A DNA stretch of 64,000 nucleotides from an uncultured Bacteroidales bacterium (GCA_964477035.1 CAYZCW010000003.1:95900-159899), one strand, 5' to 3'. Positions 44,289 to 53,789 are shown, counted from the stretch's first letter. The notes: a model not told the origin generated them from the sequence alone. Numbers and translations are program-made.

Positions 44289-45344
44289 CTACCGGGCTTT
44301 TTTCAGGGTGAACGCAAAGGTGGTTCCCACGCCCGGGGTGCTTCGCACGTTGATGGCCTGCTCATGGGCCTCGATGATGTGCTTGACAATGGCCAGGCCG
44401 AGGCCTGATCCGCCTTCCCCCGAAGGACGGCTGCGGCTCTTATCCCCCCGGTAGAAGCGCTCAAACACCCGGGGCAGCTCCTCCCTGGGGATTCCGATCC
44501 CGCTGTCGGTGACTTCCGCCAGGATGTGTTCGTCCATGTCGAAGAAGCTGATCTTGGTCCGTCCCTTTTCCGTTCCGTATTTGATGGCGTTGACCACCAG
44601 GTTGGTCAGCACCTGCCGTATCCTTTCCCTGTCGGCCGACACCCACACCGGGGCATCGTAGGAGCGGCCGAAGTGCAGGCTGATCTGTTTTTTCTCCGCC
44701 TCCACCTCCAGAAACTCCATCACCTCCCGGGCCAGGGCCACCAGGTCGAAGCGGGAAAGCTTCAGTTTGAGCTCTCCCGATTCGAAGCGGGCGATGGCCT
44801 CCAGGTCCTCGATGATGGAGATCATGCGGTTGATGCTTTCCTCGGCCCTGAGCAGGTATTTGCGGTTGATCTCCGGATCCTCCAGCGCCCCGTCGAGCAA
44901 AGTCAGCACATAGCCCTGGATATTGAAAATCGGGGTCTTCAGCTCATGCGACACATTGCCGATGTACTCCCTGCGATAGGCCTCCAGTTTGCGCAACTGG
45001 TCAATCTCTTCCTTCTTGTCCCGGGCCCAGTCAAGCACCTCCTGGTTGGTGCGGTCCAGGATGTCATCCCGGGAGTAAGCCATGGCCTTTTGCTGGCCTC
45101 GTGGAGCCTTCAGATCGTGGATCGTCTTGTAGATCAGGCGGATTTTCTCATAGATGAACTTCTCCAGCACCAGCCTGAACAGGAAAAAGCAAAAGACAAA
45201 CAGGCCACCAGCCCCCAGCAACAGGGGCTTCCACTGCAGGGAACCGTAAAAATAACGGGACGACAGCGCGAACAACCCCAGAAAGAAAGCACTCACCAGG
45301 AAGGCGGAGGCCATGGAAAGCCTTGAAGGGGTATAATGCTTCAT
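44289..45344 (-). CDS. two-component sensor histidine kinase
   Basis: Two N-terminal TM helices, H-box SHELKTPIFNIQGY and an HATPase_c region (VNAIKYG.., DSGIGIP, GGSGLGLAIVKHI). Confidence 0.88.
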   Translation of the reverse strand: MKHYTPSRLSMASAFLVSAFFLGLFALSSRYFYGSLQWKPLLLGAGGLFVFCFFLFRLVLEKFIYEKIRLIYKTIHDLKAPRGQQKAMAYSRDDILDRTNQEVLDWARDKKEEIDQLRKLEAYRREYIGNVSHELKTPIFNIQGYVLTLLDGALEDPEINRKYLLRAEESINRMISIIEDLEAIARFESGELKLKLSRFDLVALAREVMEFLEVEAEKKQISLHFGRSYDAPVWVSADRERIRQVLTNLVVNAIKYGTEKGRTKISFFDMDEHILAEVTDSGIGIPREELPRVFERFYRGDKSRSRPSGEGGSGLGLAIVKHIIEAHEQAINVRSTPGVGTTFAFTLKKAR

Positions 45345-45353
45345 GGAAAGGCC

Positions 45354-46046
45354 TTATATATCAAACTTATAGCCGACCCCTTTCACGGTCACGATATGGC
45401 CTGTCCCGATCTTCTCCCGGATCTTGCGCACGTGCACGTCGATGGTGCGGTCTCCCACCACCACATCGTTTCCCCAGACGGCCGCAAAGATCTCCTCCCG
45501 GGAGAAAACCTTGTGGGGGCGGGAAGCCAGCAAGCCAAGCAATTCAAACTCTTTGCGGGGCAGCACGATCTTGTGTCCGTCCTTCAGGATCACGTACCTT
45601 TCCCTGTCAATGACCAGGTTGCCCACATGCAGGGCCCCGGCCCCTTCATGCCGGTCGCGGGGCACAGCCCGTCGCAGCAGGGCCCTCACCCGGCTGATCA
45701 GCAGGCTGGGCTTGATGGGCTTGGCAATGTAGTCGTCCCCCCCGGCATCGAACCCGGCCAGCTGCGAATAATCCTCGGAACGCGCCGTTAAAAAGGCAAT
45801 CACGCTGCCGTCCAGTTCCGGCAGGGCTTTCATTTCCCGACAGGTCTCGATGCCATCCATCTCGGGCATCATCACGTCCAGGATGATCAGGTGGGGCCGG
45901 AACCTGCGGGCCAGTTCGATGGCCTCCCGGCCATTCCGGGCCGTATGCACCCGGAATCCTTCCTTCTTCAGGTTGTATCCCAGGAACTCCAGGATGTCGG
46001 GCTCATCGTCCACCAGCAGGATAACAGGGGCCTCGTGGTCCATCAT
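45354..46046 (-). CDS. OmpR/PhoB-family response regulator
   Basis: Receiver domain (ILLVDDEPDI.., LIILDVMMPEMDG) plus a winged-helix domain (LTRKEFELL-like PRKEFELLGLL, VDVHVRKIREKI). Confidence 0.9.
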   Translation of the reverse strand: MMDHEAPVILLVDDEPDILEFLGYNLKKEGFRVHTARNGREAIELARRFRPHLIILDVMMPEMDGIETCREMKALPELDGSVIAFLTARSEDYSQLAGFDAGGDDYIAKPIKPSLLISRVRALLRRAVPRDRHEGAGALHVGNLVIDRERYVILKDGHKIVLPRKEFELLGLLASRPHKVFSREEIFAAVWGNDVVVGDRTIDVHVRKIREKIGTGHIVTVKGVGYKFDI

Positions 46047-46101
46047 TTAAAGGGTTTTCGTCGGATGGGAAAGCCGTTCCGGTGCATTTTTTCCCCACAG
46101 G

Positions 46102-46109
46102 CAAATGTA
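46102..46109 (-). promoter_or_regulatory. candidate -7 promoter box (TACATTTG) for the two-component operon
   Basis: Exact TAnnTTTG on the minus strand, 56 nt upstream of the start at 46046. Confidence 0.35.
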
Positions 46110-46203
46110 CGGGATTCTTGTTAAGCAAATGTTAAATCCGCGGATCGTTTTCCCCGGGGAAGGCGCAGGCCTTTTACAGTGCGACATCCAAGGGATTAAT
46201 TCG

Positions 46204-46211
46204 TACCTTTG
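46204..46211 (+). promoter_or_regulatory. candidate -7 promoter box (TACCTTTG) for the LEA_2-like lipoprotein gene
   Basis: Exact TAnnTTTG, 70 nt upstream of the ATG at 46281. Confidence 0.35.
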
Positions 46212-46280
46212 GAGTGCCGGCCGGAAAAAAGGGCCGCCCTCCGTGACATTCCCCGAAAAACAAACCGGCAAAATGACCAC

Positions 46281-46892
46281 ATGAGCCTGAAGTTAACCAA
46301 AAAGCGCTGCCTGTGGCTGCCGGCCCTGCTGCTGCTGGCTGCCGGCTCCTGCGAGTCCTCCAGGGAGCTGCTGACCCTGTCCAAATGTGAGTTCCGCCTG
46401 TCGAACGTGGAGGAGGTGGTCCTGGCCGGGGTGGATGTCGGCCGCGTCCAACGCCTGGATGATGTGAGCCTGGCCGACCTGGTAACCCTTTACGAGGCGG
46501 CCGGCTCGGCGCATCTGCCGCTGGAGCTGACCGTGGTGGTCGAGGTGAAAAATCCGAACGAACGCACGGCCGCGCTCAACAAGGCCGAGTGGACCCTGTT
46601 CATCGACGGGTACCGCATCAGCAGCGGGGTGTATGAAGGCCGGGTGGAGGTGCCCCCCCGCGGCGGGATCGCATCCTTCCGTGTGCCGGTATCGGCCGAC
46701 CTGAAAGAGGTGCTGGGAGGGGAATCCCAGCTGGCCATGATCAACCTGGGCCTGAACCTGGCCGACATCGGCAGCCAGCCCACACGGATCACCTTGCGGA
46801 CCAAGCCATACATCATGGTGGGGGACCGCCTGATCGCCTACCCCTCCCATGTGGACGTGCAGACCACCTTCACCTCTGGCGGGGAAAACTGA
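46281..46892 (+). CDS. lipoprotein, LEA_2 (late-embryogenesis-abundant/NDR1-HIN1-like) type
   Basis: Lipobox LLLAAGSC. The body (VVVEVKNPN..A..NKAEWTLFIDGYRISSG..) resembles the LEA_2 beta-sandwich pattern; this is my recognition only. Start moved to the ATG at 46281. Confidence 0.5.
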   Translation: MSLKLTKKRCLWLPALLLLAAGSCESSRELLTLSKCEFRLSNVEEVVLAGVDVGRVQRLDDVSLADLVTLYEAAGSAHLPLELTVVVEVKNPNERTAALNKAEWTLFIDGYRISSGVYEGRVEVPPRGGIASFRVPVSADLKEVLGGESQLAMINLGLNLADIGSQPTRITLRTKPYIMVGDRLIAYPSHVDVQTTFTSGGEN

Positions 46893-46951
46893 ACGGAACC
46901 GGGACCACACCCCTTCTGGCGACAGTCCTTTGGGTAAAACGGATTCCCGGA

Positions 46952-47620
46952 TCAGAACAGCAACATCGAAAGCCCCAGCGACCACACGGAGTTGTACTGC
47001 CCGCGGTTGTACCAGGTACGTGCCCCGCTTTCATGCGACCGCAGGGGCGTCACGCCCTGGGAATACCGGAAGTGGACGCCGAGGCCTTCCCGCAAGGGAA
47101 AGTAAAACCCCAGCAGCAGGTTCAGTTCCGCCCTGTTGAAAGGCCGCTCCCTTGCCATGAGGCCGGTGTTCTCATCCCCGAAATCGTTGGTCTCATAATG
47201 CCCCACCACGGTCGAGCCGGACAGGCCGATCTCTCCCGTAAGCCAGTCCACATAGGGCAGCCGTTCGAACACGGAAAAATCAAACTTGAACAGCACCGGC
47301 ACCTCGATGTACTGCAGGTAAAATTTATAATCGCGGAACACCCCTTCTTCGGGTGTCTCCGGATCGTTGAATTCCCTGCTGCCCTTCTGAATGTAGAGGA
47401 TCTCCAGGTGCCAGTAGGCATGCTCCGACACCTGGTAATCGGTGAACACGGAGGCGAACCATCCCAACTTGTGGGGCCCTCCCGAGCGGTCGCCCGACAC
47501 CTCGCTGGCGGTCAGCCCGGCCTGCATCCCTCCGCGGAAGGCCTGTCCATGCAAGGGACACGGGGACAGGAGGAGGAGGGCCCATCCGACGATGACATAA
47601 GAAAACAGGTGCCTGGGCAT
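46952..47620 (-). CDS. small outer-membrane beta-barrel protein (PorT/OMP_b-brl_2-like)
   Basis: Signal peptide MPRHLFSYVIVGWALLLLSPCPLHGQ, alternating amphipathic strands and a C-terminal ..WSLGLSMLLF. Start set at 47620; the longer track ORF overlaps the yicC start and has Ser/Arg/Ala-biased, low-complexity-looking composition. Confidence 0.6.
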   Translation of the reverse strand: MPRHLFSYVIVGWALLLLSPCPLHGQAFRGGMQAGLTASEVSGDRSGGPHKLGWFASVFTDYQVSEHAYWHLEILYIQKGSREFNDPETPEEGVFRDYKFYLQYIEVPVLFKFDFSVFERLPYVDWLTGEIGLSGSTVVGHYETNDFGDENTGLMARERPFNRAELNLLLGFYFPLREGLGVHFRYSQGVTPLRSHESGARTWYNRGQYNSVWSLGLSMLLF

Positions 47621-47816
47621 GGGTGGCTCTTTGGGATTGGGTTCGTTGGCGGCATCCGGGTTTCGGATGCCGGTTCTCCAGGGATCCGGGATGCGGCCCG
47701 CCTCACAAATATACATTTTTTGAGGGTTCAGGAACAGCCGGCATGCAGTCAGGCAATCGAAAAGCCGGACAGGGGCAGGCTGGTCCATTTGTGCTATCTT
47801 TGCAAAAAAACGACCC

Positions 47817-48692
47817 ATGATCCAATCCATGACCGGCTTCGGCAAATCGACCTGCCAGGCGGGCGGAAAAAGCCTGAGCGTCGAAGTCCGGGCCCTCAAC
47901 AGCAAGGCACTGGACATCAACATGAAACTGGCCCCGGCATACCGGGATCGTGAGCAGGAACTGCGGGGACTCATTGCCGGGAAGCTGGAGCGGGGCAAGG
48001 TGGAGCTGGTCATCGGCGCCGATGCAAATGCTGCCGCGGCGGGCCTGTCTGTGAACAAGCCCCTGCTAGCGCAATACTACCGGGAACTGCTCGAACTGAG
48101 CGAAGAATTGGGGGCCCCGCCCTCGGCCGAGCTGCTGCCTTCCCTGCTGAGGCTCCCTGAAGTACTGAAGCCGGCCGGGCAGGAGGCCGACGAACAGGAG
48201 TGGGATGTGGTGCGGGCCTGCGTGGCGGAAGCGCTGGACCAGGCCGGGGCATTCCGGCTGTCTGAAGGGGCCCATCTGGAGGCCGACCTGGGAGAACGCA
48301 TCCGGACCTTACGGGAACTGCTCGGGCAGATCCCGGCCCATGAGGAAAAGAGGATGCTGGCACTGAAGGCCCGCCTGCAAAGGGCCCTGAGCGAGCTGGC
48401 CGGCACGGTGCAGGCCGATCCCGGCCGTTTCGAGCAGGAGCTGATCTTTTACCTGGAAAAGCTGGATATTTCGGAAGAAAAGGTCCGGCTGACCAAGCAC
48501 CTGGCGTATTTTGAAGAAACCATGGCCGGGGGGGAGTCCCAGGGCAAAAAGCTGGGTTTCATCAGCCAGGAGATGGGGCGGGAAATCAACACCATCGGCA
48601 GCAAGGCCAACGATGCGGACATCCAGCGGCTCGTGGTGCAGATGAAGGATGAGCTGGAAAAGATCAAGGAACAACTCATGAACGTATTGTAA
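47817..48692 (+). CDS. yicC: YicC-family stress-induced protein
   Basis: MIQSMTGFGKS.. N-terminus and the C-terminal EMGREINTIGSKAND motif; 291 aa. Confidence 0.88.
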   Translation: MIQSMTGFGKSTCQAGGKSLSVEVRALNSKALDINMKLAPAYRDREQELRGLIAGKLERGKVELVIGADANAAAAGLSVNKPLLAQYYRELLELSEELGAPPSAELLPSLLRLPEVLKPAGQEADEQEWDVVRACVAEALDQAGAFRLSEGAHLEADLGERIRTLRELLGQIPAHEEKRMLALKARLQRALSELAGTVQADPGRFEQELIFYLEKLDISEEKVRLTKHLAYFEETMAGGESQGKKLGFISQEMGREINTIGSKANDADIQRLVVQMKDELEKIKEQLMNVL

Positions 48693-48693
48693 G

Positions 48694-49281
48694 ATGCAAT
48701 CATCCGGCATTTCAGGTAAGATGGTGATCTTTTCCGCCCCCTCGGGTGCGGGCAAAACCAGCATCGTCAGGGCCCTGCTTGAAAGGGTGCCCCGGCTGGC
48801 ATTTTCGGTGTCTGCCTGCAGCCGTCCCCGGCGGCCTGGAGAGAAAGAGGGGGTCGACTATTATTTTCTGAGCCCGGGTCAATTCCGGGAGAAGGTCCGG
48901 CAGGGGCAGTTCCTGGAGTGGGAGGAAGTGTATCCCGGCAGTTATTACGGTACCCTGAAAAGCGAAGTGGAACGGATATGGGGCATGGGCAAGTCCGTGA
49001 TCTTTGATGTGGACGTGGCAGGTGGCCTCCGCATCAAGGAGCAATACGGGGACCGGGCGCTGGCTGTATTCGTCATGCCCCCTTCCCTGCAGGAGCTGGA
49101 GCAGCGCCTGGTGCTCCGGGGCACGGAGACTCCCGAAAGCCTCAAAAAGCGCATCGGCAAGGCCGGGCAGGAGATGACCTTCGCAGCCCGCTTCGACCGG
49201 ATAGTGGTCAACGACCAGCTCGGGAAAGCCATTGAGGAAGCCATGGCCCTGGTGGGCCGGTTCCTGGACGGCACCCCATAA
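48694..49281 (+). CDS. gmk: guanylate kinase
   Basis: SAPSGAGKTS P-loop, SACSRPRRPGEKEGVDYYF, EWEEVYPGSYYGT. The start may be the internal Met at 48721. Confidence 0.9.
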   Translation: MQSSGISGKMVIFSAPSGAGKTSIVRALLERVPRLAFSVSACSRPRRPGEKEGVDYYFLSPGQFREKVRQGQFLEWEEVYPGSYYGTLKSEVERIWGMGKSVIFDVDVAGGLRIKEQYGDRALAVFVMPPSLQELEQRLVLRGTETPESLKKRIGKAGQEMTFAARFDRIVVNDQLGKAIEEAMALVGRFLDGTP

Positions 49282-49293
49282 GCCTGCATCACC

Positions 49294-49881
49294 ATGGACC
49301 CTGACAAGAAAAAAACCGGCTTGTTTTTCGGATCGTTCAACCCCATCCATACGGGCCACCTGGTCATTGCCCAGCACCTGCTGCAGGAAGCCGGCCTCCA
49401 GGAGGTGTGGTTCGTGGTGTCGCCGCAAAACCCGCTGAAGCCCGGATACGACTTCCTGCCCGGACAGCAGCGCCTGGAAATGGTGGCGCTGGCCGTGGCC
49501 GGCAATGAGGCCTTCCGGGCCTGTGACATCGAGATGCACATGCCGGTCCCTTCCTATACGGTCCATACCCTCGAAAAACTGCGCGTGACTTATCCGGACA
49601 GGGCGTTTGCCCTGATCATCGGCTCAGACAACCTGGCGGTATTTGACCAGTGGAAAGACCCTGAAAGGATCCTGGAAATGGTGGATGTGCTCGTGTATCC
49701 GCGCCCGGGATCCGGGGCGGAGCCTCCCCTGCCGCCAGGAAAGGTAGTCCGTGTCGATGCCCCCCTGCTGGAGGTGTCCTCCACCATGGTGCGGGACCGG
49801 ATCCGCAAGGGACTGCTGCCGCGCTACCTGGTGCCGGATGCCGTGCTGGAGAAGATCGTCCGGCAAGGTTACTACCGCTGA
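49294..49881 (+). CDS. nadD: nicotinate-nucleotide adenylyltransferase
   Basis: [15 protein letters not shown] (HxGH-type motif), [17 protein letters not shown]. Confidence 0.9.
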   Translation: MDPDKKKTGLFFGSFNPIHTGHLVIAQHLLQEAGLQEVWFVVSPQNPLKPGYDFLPGQQRLEMVALAVAGNEAFRACDIEMHMPVPSYTVHTLEKLRVTYPDRAFALIIGSDNLAVFDQWKDPERILEMVDVLVYPRPGSGAEPPLPPGKVVRVDAPLLEVSSTMVRDRIRKGLLPRYLVPDAVLEKIVRQGYYR

Positions 49882-51224
49882 CCCATCCCGAAGGCCTCCC
49901 GGATGTCATCCACCCGGTCGAGCTTCTCCCAGGCAAAGTATTCCACCTTCTTGAAGTGGCGGAGTTTCCCATCCTCCATTCTTTCATAGCTGCCTTCCTG
50001 TTTCTGGGGCACCTCCACCTCCCCGGTATGCGGGGTCCGTCCGAAATGGCCATAGGTGGTCGTTTTCCGGAAGACGGGGTCCTTCAGGCCAAAACGCTTT
50101 ACGATGGCGTGGGGGGTCATGTCGAACAGACCGGCCACGATGCGGGAGATTTCCCCGTCTGTCAGCCCGACCCGGGCCGTGCCAAAGGTTTTCACATACA
50201 GGCCAACCGGGTCTTTCACCCCGATGGCGTAAGCCACCTGCACGAGCACCTCATCGGCCACCCCGGCAGCCACCAGGTTCTTCGCGATATGCCTTGCGGC
50301 ATAAGCCGCGGAGCGGTCCACCTTGCTGGAATCCTTGCCCGAGAAGGCCCCGCCTCCGTGGGCGCCCTTGCCCCCATAGGTGTCCACGATGATCTTGCGG
50401 CCGGTCAGGCCGGTATCGCCATGCGGTCCCCCGATGACGAAGCAGCCCGTCGGGTTCACCAGCAGCCTGTAGCCGTTTTGAAAGAGGGCCGCCAGGCGTT
50501 CGGGCAGGGTGGCGATCACCCGGGGGATCAGGATGTTCTGAATGTCCCGGGTGATCACTTCCTGCATCTGTTTTTCCGCCCTTTTGCGGGCCTCCGGGGT
50601 TTCGTCTTCCGGCTTGATGAAGTCGTCATGCTGGGTGCTCAGCAGGATGGTGTCGATGCGCACCGGCTGGTGATCGTCCGAATACTCCACCGTCACCTGG
50701 GACTTGCTGTCCGGACGAAGGTAGGTCATTACTCTATTCTCCTTTTTATCCTCATTTTTGTTCTCCTTGCGAATTTCCGCAAGCTCCTGGAGCAGGATGT
50801 GCGAAAGATCGAGCGGCAAAGGCATGAACGCATCCGTTTCCCGGGAGGCGTAGCCGAACATCATGCCCTGGTCCCCGGCCCCCTGGTCCTCGGGTTTCTC
50901 CCTGACCACGCCCTGCCGGATATCGGGCGACTGGTCGTGGATGGTGGAGACCACCCCGCAGGATTCGGCTTCGAATTTGTAAGCCGAGTCCGTATAGCCA
51001 ATATCCTTGAGCACCTCCCGAACCACCTTCTGGATGTCCACCCAGGCCTCCGTTTTTACTTCCCCGCTGCAAACGACCAGACCGGTGGTGACCAGGGTTT
51101 CACAGGCCACTTTGGATTCGGGATCCTGCCTCAGGAACTCATCCAGCAAGGCGTCAGAAATCTGGTCGGCGACTTTGTCGGGATGTCCTTCAGAGACCGA
51201 TTCCGACGTAAACAAATATCCCAT
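49872..51224 (-). CDS. metK: S-adenosylmethionine synthetase
   Basis: [67 protein letters not shown]. Long Bacteroidota-type form of 450 aa. Confidence 0.95.
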   Translation of the reverse strand: MGYLFTSESVSEGHPDKVADQISDALLDEFLRQDPESKVACETLVTTGLVVCSGEVKTEAWVDIQKVVREVLKDIGYTDSAYKFEAESCGVVSTIHDQSPDIRQGVVREKPEDQGAGDQGMMFGYASRETDAFMPLPLDLSHILLQELAEIRKENKNEDKKENRVMTYLRPDSKSQVTVEYSDDHQPVRIDTILLSTQHDDFIKPEDETPEARKRAEKQMQEVITRDIQNILIPRVIATLPERLAALFQNGYRLLVNPTGCFVIGGPHGDTGLTGRKIIVDTYGGKGAHGGGAFSGKDSSKVDRSAAYAARHIAKNLVAAGVADEVLVQVAYAIGVKDPVGLYVKTFGTARVGLTDGEISRIVAGLFDMTPHAIVKRFGLKDPVFRKTTTYGHFGRTPHTGEVEVPQKQEGSYERMEDGKLRHFKKVEYFAWEKLDRVDDIREAFGMGQR

Positions 51225-51255
51225 GATAGGTCAAGATTTGGTATGTAAACATGTA

Positions 51256-51363
51256 TTGGCTCCCCTGCGGGCATGCCTGCGGGACCATCCGAAGGTCCCG
51301 GGTGATGGAAAGACCCTGTCACCCGCTCCCCGTGCCGGCTGCAAGCCGGGCACGGCCCGCCAA
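51256..51363 (-). promoter_or_regulatory. structured metK 5' leader: closing stem plus three hairpins (four-way junction), candidate riboswitch of unassigned class
   Basis: Minus-sense RNA has outer stems UUGGC/GCCAA and GCGGGC/GCCCGC. These enclose three hairpins: CGUGCC(C)GGC-UUGCA-GCCGGCACG, GGGUGA-(13 nt)-UCACCC and GGGACC-UUCGGAU-GGUCCC. The 3' end is 31 nt from the metK ATG. I could not match the SAM-I core (GAGGGA, GGCAACC, GGUGC.AAUUCC) by eye. Confidence 0.35.
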
Positions 51364-51404
51364 AAGATTTGCAAAGGTAAGGATTAATCCTGAAAAGTTG
51401 GCCT

Positions 51405-52313
51405 TCAGGCGGTCAATTGGCGAAAAACCTGTTCGAGCGACCGCTCCTCGAGGCCCATGGACAGGATGACCCGGCCCTGGGCCACGGCAAACCGGAACAC
51501 CTCCTGCCTGGGGTCGGCTGTGCCTTCACACAGCAGCCTGAAGCGCGCCTGCCCGTCACGGATCAGTCCGCCGACCCCCGGGATGGCCTCCAGGGCCACA
51601 AGGTCCGGTGCCTTGTCGAATTCCACGCTCACCACCCCGCCTGCGCGGTCCAGCAGCCGGAGTTCTCCCGTGGGCGCATCGGCCACGAGCTTTCCCTTGT
51701 GGATGATCACCACCCGGTCGCACACGGCCTCCACCTCCTGCATGATGTGGGTCGACAGCACCACGGTTTTCTGCTCACCCATCCTGGAGATCAGCTGCCG
51801 TATCTCCACCAGCTGGTTGGGGTCCAGCCCGGAGGTGGGTTCATCCAGGATGAGCACTTCAGGATCATGGATCAGGGCCTGGGCCAACCCGACACGCTGG
51901 CGGTAGCCCCGGGAAAGCGCCCCGATCTTCTTGCCGGCCTCCGCCCCCAGGCCTGTCTGGGCGATCATTTCTTCCACACGCAGCCCGGCCTTGCGGCCCA
52001 GCTTGTGCAGACCCGCAACAAACCGCAAATATTCACGCACATACATATCGTGGTACAGGGGGTTGTGCTCCGGCAGGTAGCCAAGGCGCCGCCTCACATC
52101 GAGGGAGCGGGTGGACACATCCATGCCGCAGACCCTTACCTCTCCTTCATGCTGGGGGATGAAGCCGGTGATGATCCTCATCATGGTCGACTTGCCGGCC
52201 CCGTTCGGACCGAGCAGGCCGACCACCTCCCCCTTGCCGACCCGGAAGGACACCCCGTCCAGGGCTTTCTGGGAACCAAACAGGCGGGTCACACAGTGGG
52301 CTTCGATCGACAT
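51405..52313 (-). CDS. ABC transporter ATP-binding protein (GldA-like size and layout; no permease gene adjacent)
   Basis: Walker A GPNGAGKST, signature LSRGYRQRV, Walker B LILDEPTSGLD and an extra ~80-aa C-terminal domain. Confidence 0.85.
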   Translation of the reverse strand: MSIEAHCVTRLFGSQKALDGVSFRVGKGEVVGLLGPNGAGKSTMMRIITGFIPQHEGEVRVCGMDVSTRSLDVRRRLGYLPEHNPLYHDMYVREYLRFVAGLHKLGRKAGLRVEEMIAQTGLGAEAGKKIGALSRGYRQRVGLAQALIHDPEVLILDEPTSGLDPNQLVEIRQLISRMGEQKTVVLSTHIMQEVEAVCDRVVIIHKGKLVADAPTGELRLLDRAGGVVSVEFDKAPDLVALEAIPGVGGLIRDGQARFRLLCEGTADPRQEVFRFAVAQGRVILSMGLEERSLEQVFRQLTA

Positions 52314-52366
52314 CTTGGCGGCGGTTTGTGCGAATTTACTAATTTTACCCCAAAACCGGGAGCGGC

Positions 52367-53296
52367 ATGCAAAAAGGAATTGTCCTGAAATCGACAGGAA
52401 GCTGGTACTGGGTCCTGGGTCCTGATGGGATCCGGTACCCTTGCCGGCTCAGGGGCAGAATGAAACTGGCCGGTTCCAAATCCACCAATCCCGTGGCGGT
52501 GGGCGACCGGGTGGTGTTCTCCACGGGCGGAGAGGAAGGCGACGGGATGATTCAGGAGGTGCTGGACCGAAAAAACCACATCATCCGCAAGGCCACCAAG
52601 CTCTCCCGGCAGACCCACGTCATCGCGGCCAATATGGACCAGGCCATGCTCATTGCCACCCTGGCCGTGCCGCGCACCTCCGCAGGCTTTATCGACCGCT
52701 TCCTGGCCACCTGTGAAGCTTACAGCATCCCTGCCCGCCTGGTGATCAACAAGACCGACCTGTTCGATGACGAGGAAGGACAGCAAATGCTGGAAGAGTT
52801 TGCCGGGATTTACCGTCAGGCAGGCTATCCCTGCCTGCTGACCTCTGCGGTATCCCAGGAAGGCCTGGGCGACTTCCGCCGGGCCCTGCACGGTAAGGTC
52901 ACCCTCCTGTCAGGGCATTCGGGGGTGGGCAAGTCTTCCCTGATCAACGCGATCGAGCCGGACATCAACCTCCGGGTACAGGAAATCAGCGCCACCCACC
53001 TGAAGGGACGGCATACCACCACCTTTGCCGAGATGATTCCCCTGTCGGGGGGCGGTTATATCATCGACACCCCGGGCATCAAGGAGTTTGGACTGGTGGA
53101 TTTTCAGCCCGGGGAGCTGTCCCATTTCTTTCCCGAGATGCGGGCCCTGTTCAACCGGTGTAAATACGACAACTGCACCCACCTGAACGAGCCCGGATGC
53201 ATGGTCAAAGCTGCGGTGGAGGACGGAACAATCAGCCTTTCAAGGTACTCAAGCTATGTGGGCATGCTTCTGGGGGAAGACAGGAAAAAGGGGTAA
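52367..53296 (+). CDS. rsgA: ribosome small-subunit-dependent GTPase A
   Basis: OB-fold N-domain, circularly permuted GTPase motifs (INKTDL, GHSGVGKSSLIN, DTPG) and a zinc knuckle CKYDNCTHLNEPGC. Confidence 0.92.
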   Translation: MQKGIVLKSTGSWYWVLGPDGIRYPCRLRGRMKLAGSKSTNPVAVGDRVVFSTGGEEGDGMIQEVLDRKNHIIRKATKLSRQTHVIAANMDQAMLIATLAVPRTSAGFIDRFLATCEAYSIPARLVINKTDLFDDEEGQQMLEEFAGIYRQAGYPCLLTSAVSQEGLGDFRRALHGKVTLLSGHSGVGKSSLINAIEPDINLRVQEISATHLKGRHTTTFAEMIPLSGGGYIIDTPGIKEFGLVDFQPGELSHFFPEMRALFNRCKYDNCTHLNEPGCMVKAAVEDGTISLSRYSSYVGMLLGEDRKKG

Positions 53297-53336
53297 CCAA
53301 TAGCCAACAGCCAAAACCCAATAGCCAATACCCAAC
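53297..53336. repeat. heptamer tract: CCAATAG CCAACAG CCAAAAC CCAATAG CCAATAC CCAAC
   Basis: Read directly from sequence. It fills the whole 40-nt spacer between the rsgA stop (53296) and the dtd ATG (53337). It is the reverse complement of the unit seen at 38207..38268. Confidence 0.8.
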
Positions 53337-53789
53337 ATGCGAACCGTCATTCAAAAAGTGGAACGTGCGGCCGTGGAGGTCTCCGGCAGGGAGCATGCCG
53401 CCATCGGACAGGGACTCCTGGTACTGCTTGGCATCGAAGGGTCGGATGGCCCGGAAGACATCGACTGGCTCTGCGGCAAAATTGCCCGGCTGCGGGTTTT
53501 CGATGACCAGCAGGGGGTGATGAACCTGTCTTTACAGGACGTGGGGGGCGAGGTGATGGTCATCAGCCAGTTCACCCTGCATGCCAGCACCCGCAAGGGC
53601 AACCGTCCCTCCTACATCCGTGCCGCCCGGCCCGAAACCGCCATTCCCCTCTATGAACGCTTCCTCGAGGCCATGGGCCGTGCAAGCGGCTGCCGCGTGG
53701 TGAGCGGGGAGTTCGGGGCCTATATGAAGGTGGCCCTGGTGAATGACGGACCGGTCACCATCATCATCGACTCCAGGGACCGGGAGTAG
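53337..53789 (+). CDS. dtd: D-aminoacyl-tRNA deacylase
   Basis: MRTVIQKV..A.V.V, ISQFTL.A.T.KGNRPS, F.A.M.V.LVNDGPVT; 150 aa. Confidence 0.92.
   Translation: MRTVIQKVERAAVEVSGREHAAIGQGLLVLLGIEGSDGPEDIDWLCGKIARLRVFDDQQGVMNLSLQDVGGEVMVISQFTLHASTRKGNRPSYIRAARPETAIPLYERFLEAMGRASGCRVVSGEFGAYMKVALVNDGPVTIIIDSRDRE

Noticed and set aside
47621-48058. 146-codon extension of the small beta-barrel gene
   Set aside because: The extension looks low-complexity (Ser/Arg/Ala-biased), overlaps the yicC start region on the other strand and precedes an obvious signal peptide at 47620.
50731-50790. AT-rich patch inside metK encoding [12 protein letters not shown] as a possible insertion or foreign segment
   Set aside because: It is in-frame and short, and sits at a region where, in my recollection, the long Bacteroidota-type MetK has a variable region (not checked here). 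There are no flanking repeats.
51225-51404. Calling the metK leader a SAM-I riboswitch outright
   Set aside because: The topology fits, but the conserved SAM-I core nucleotides are not evident by eye. It is kept only as an unassigned candidate pending a covariance-model search.
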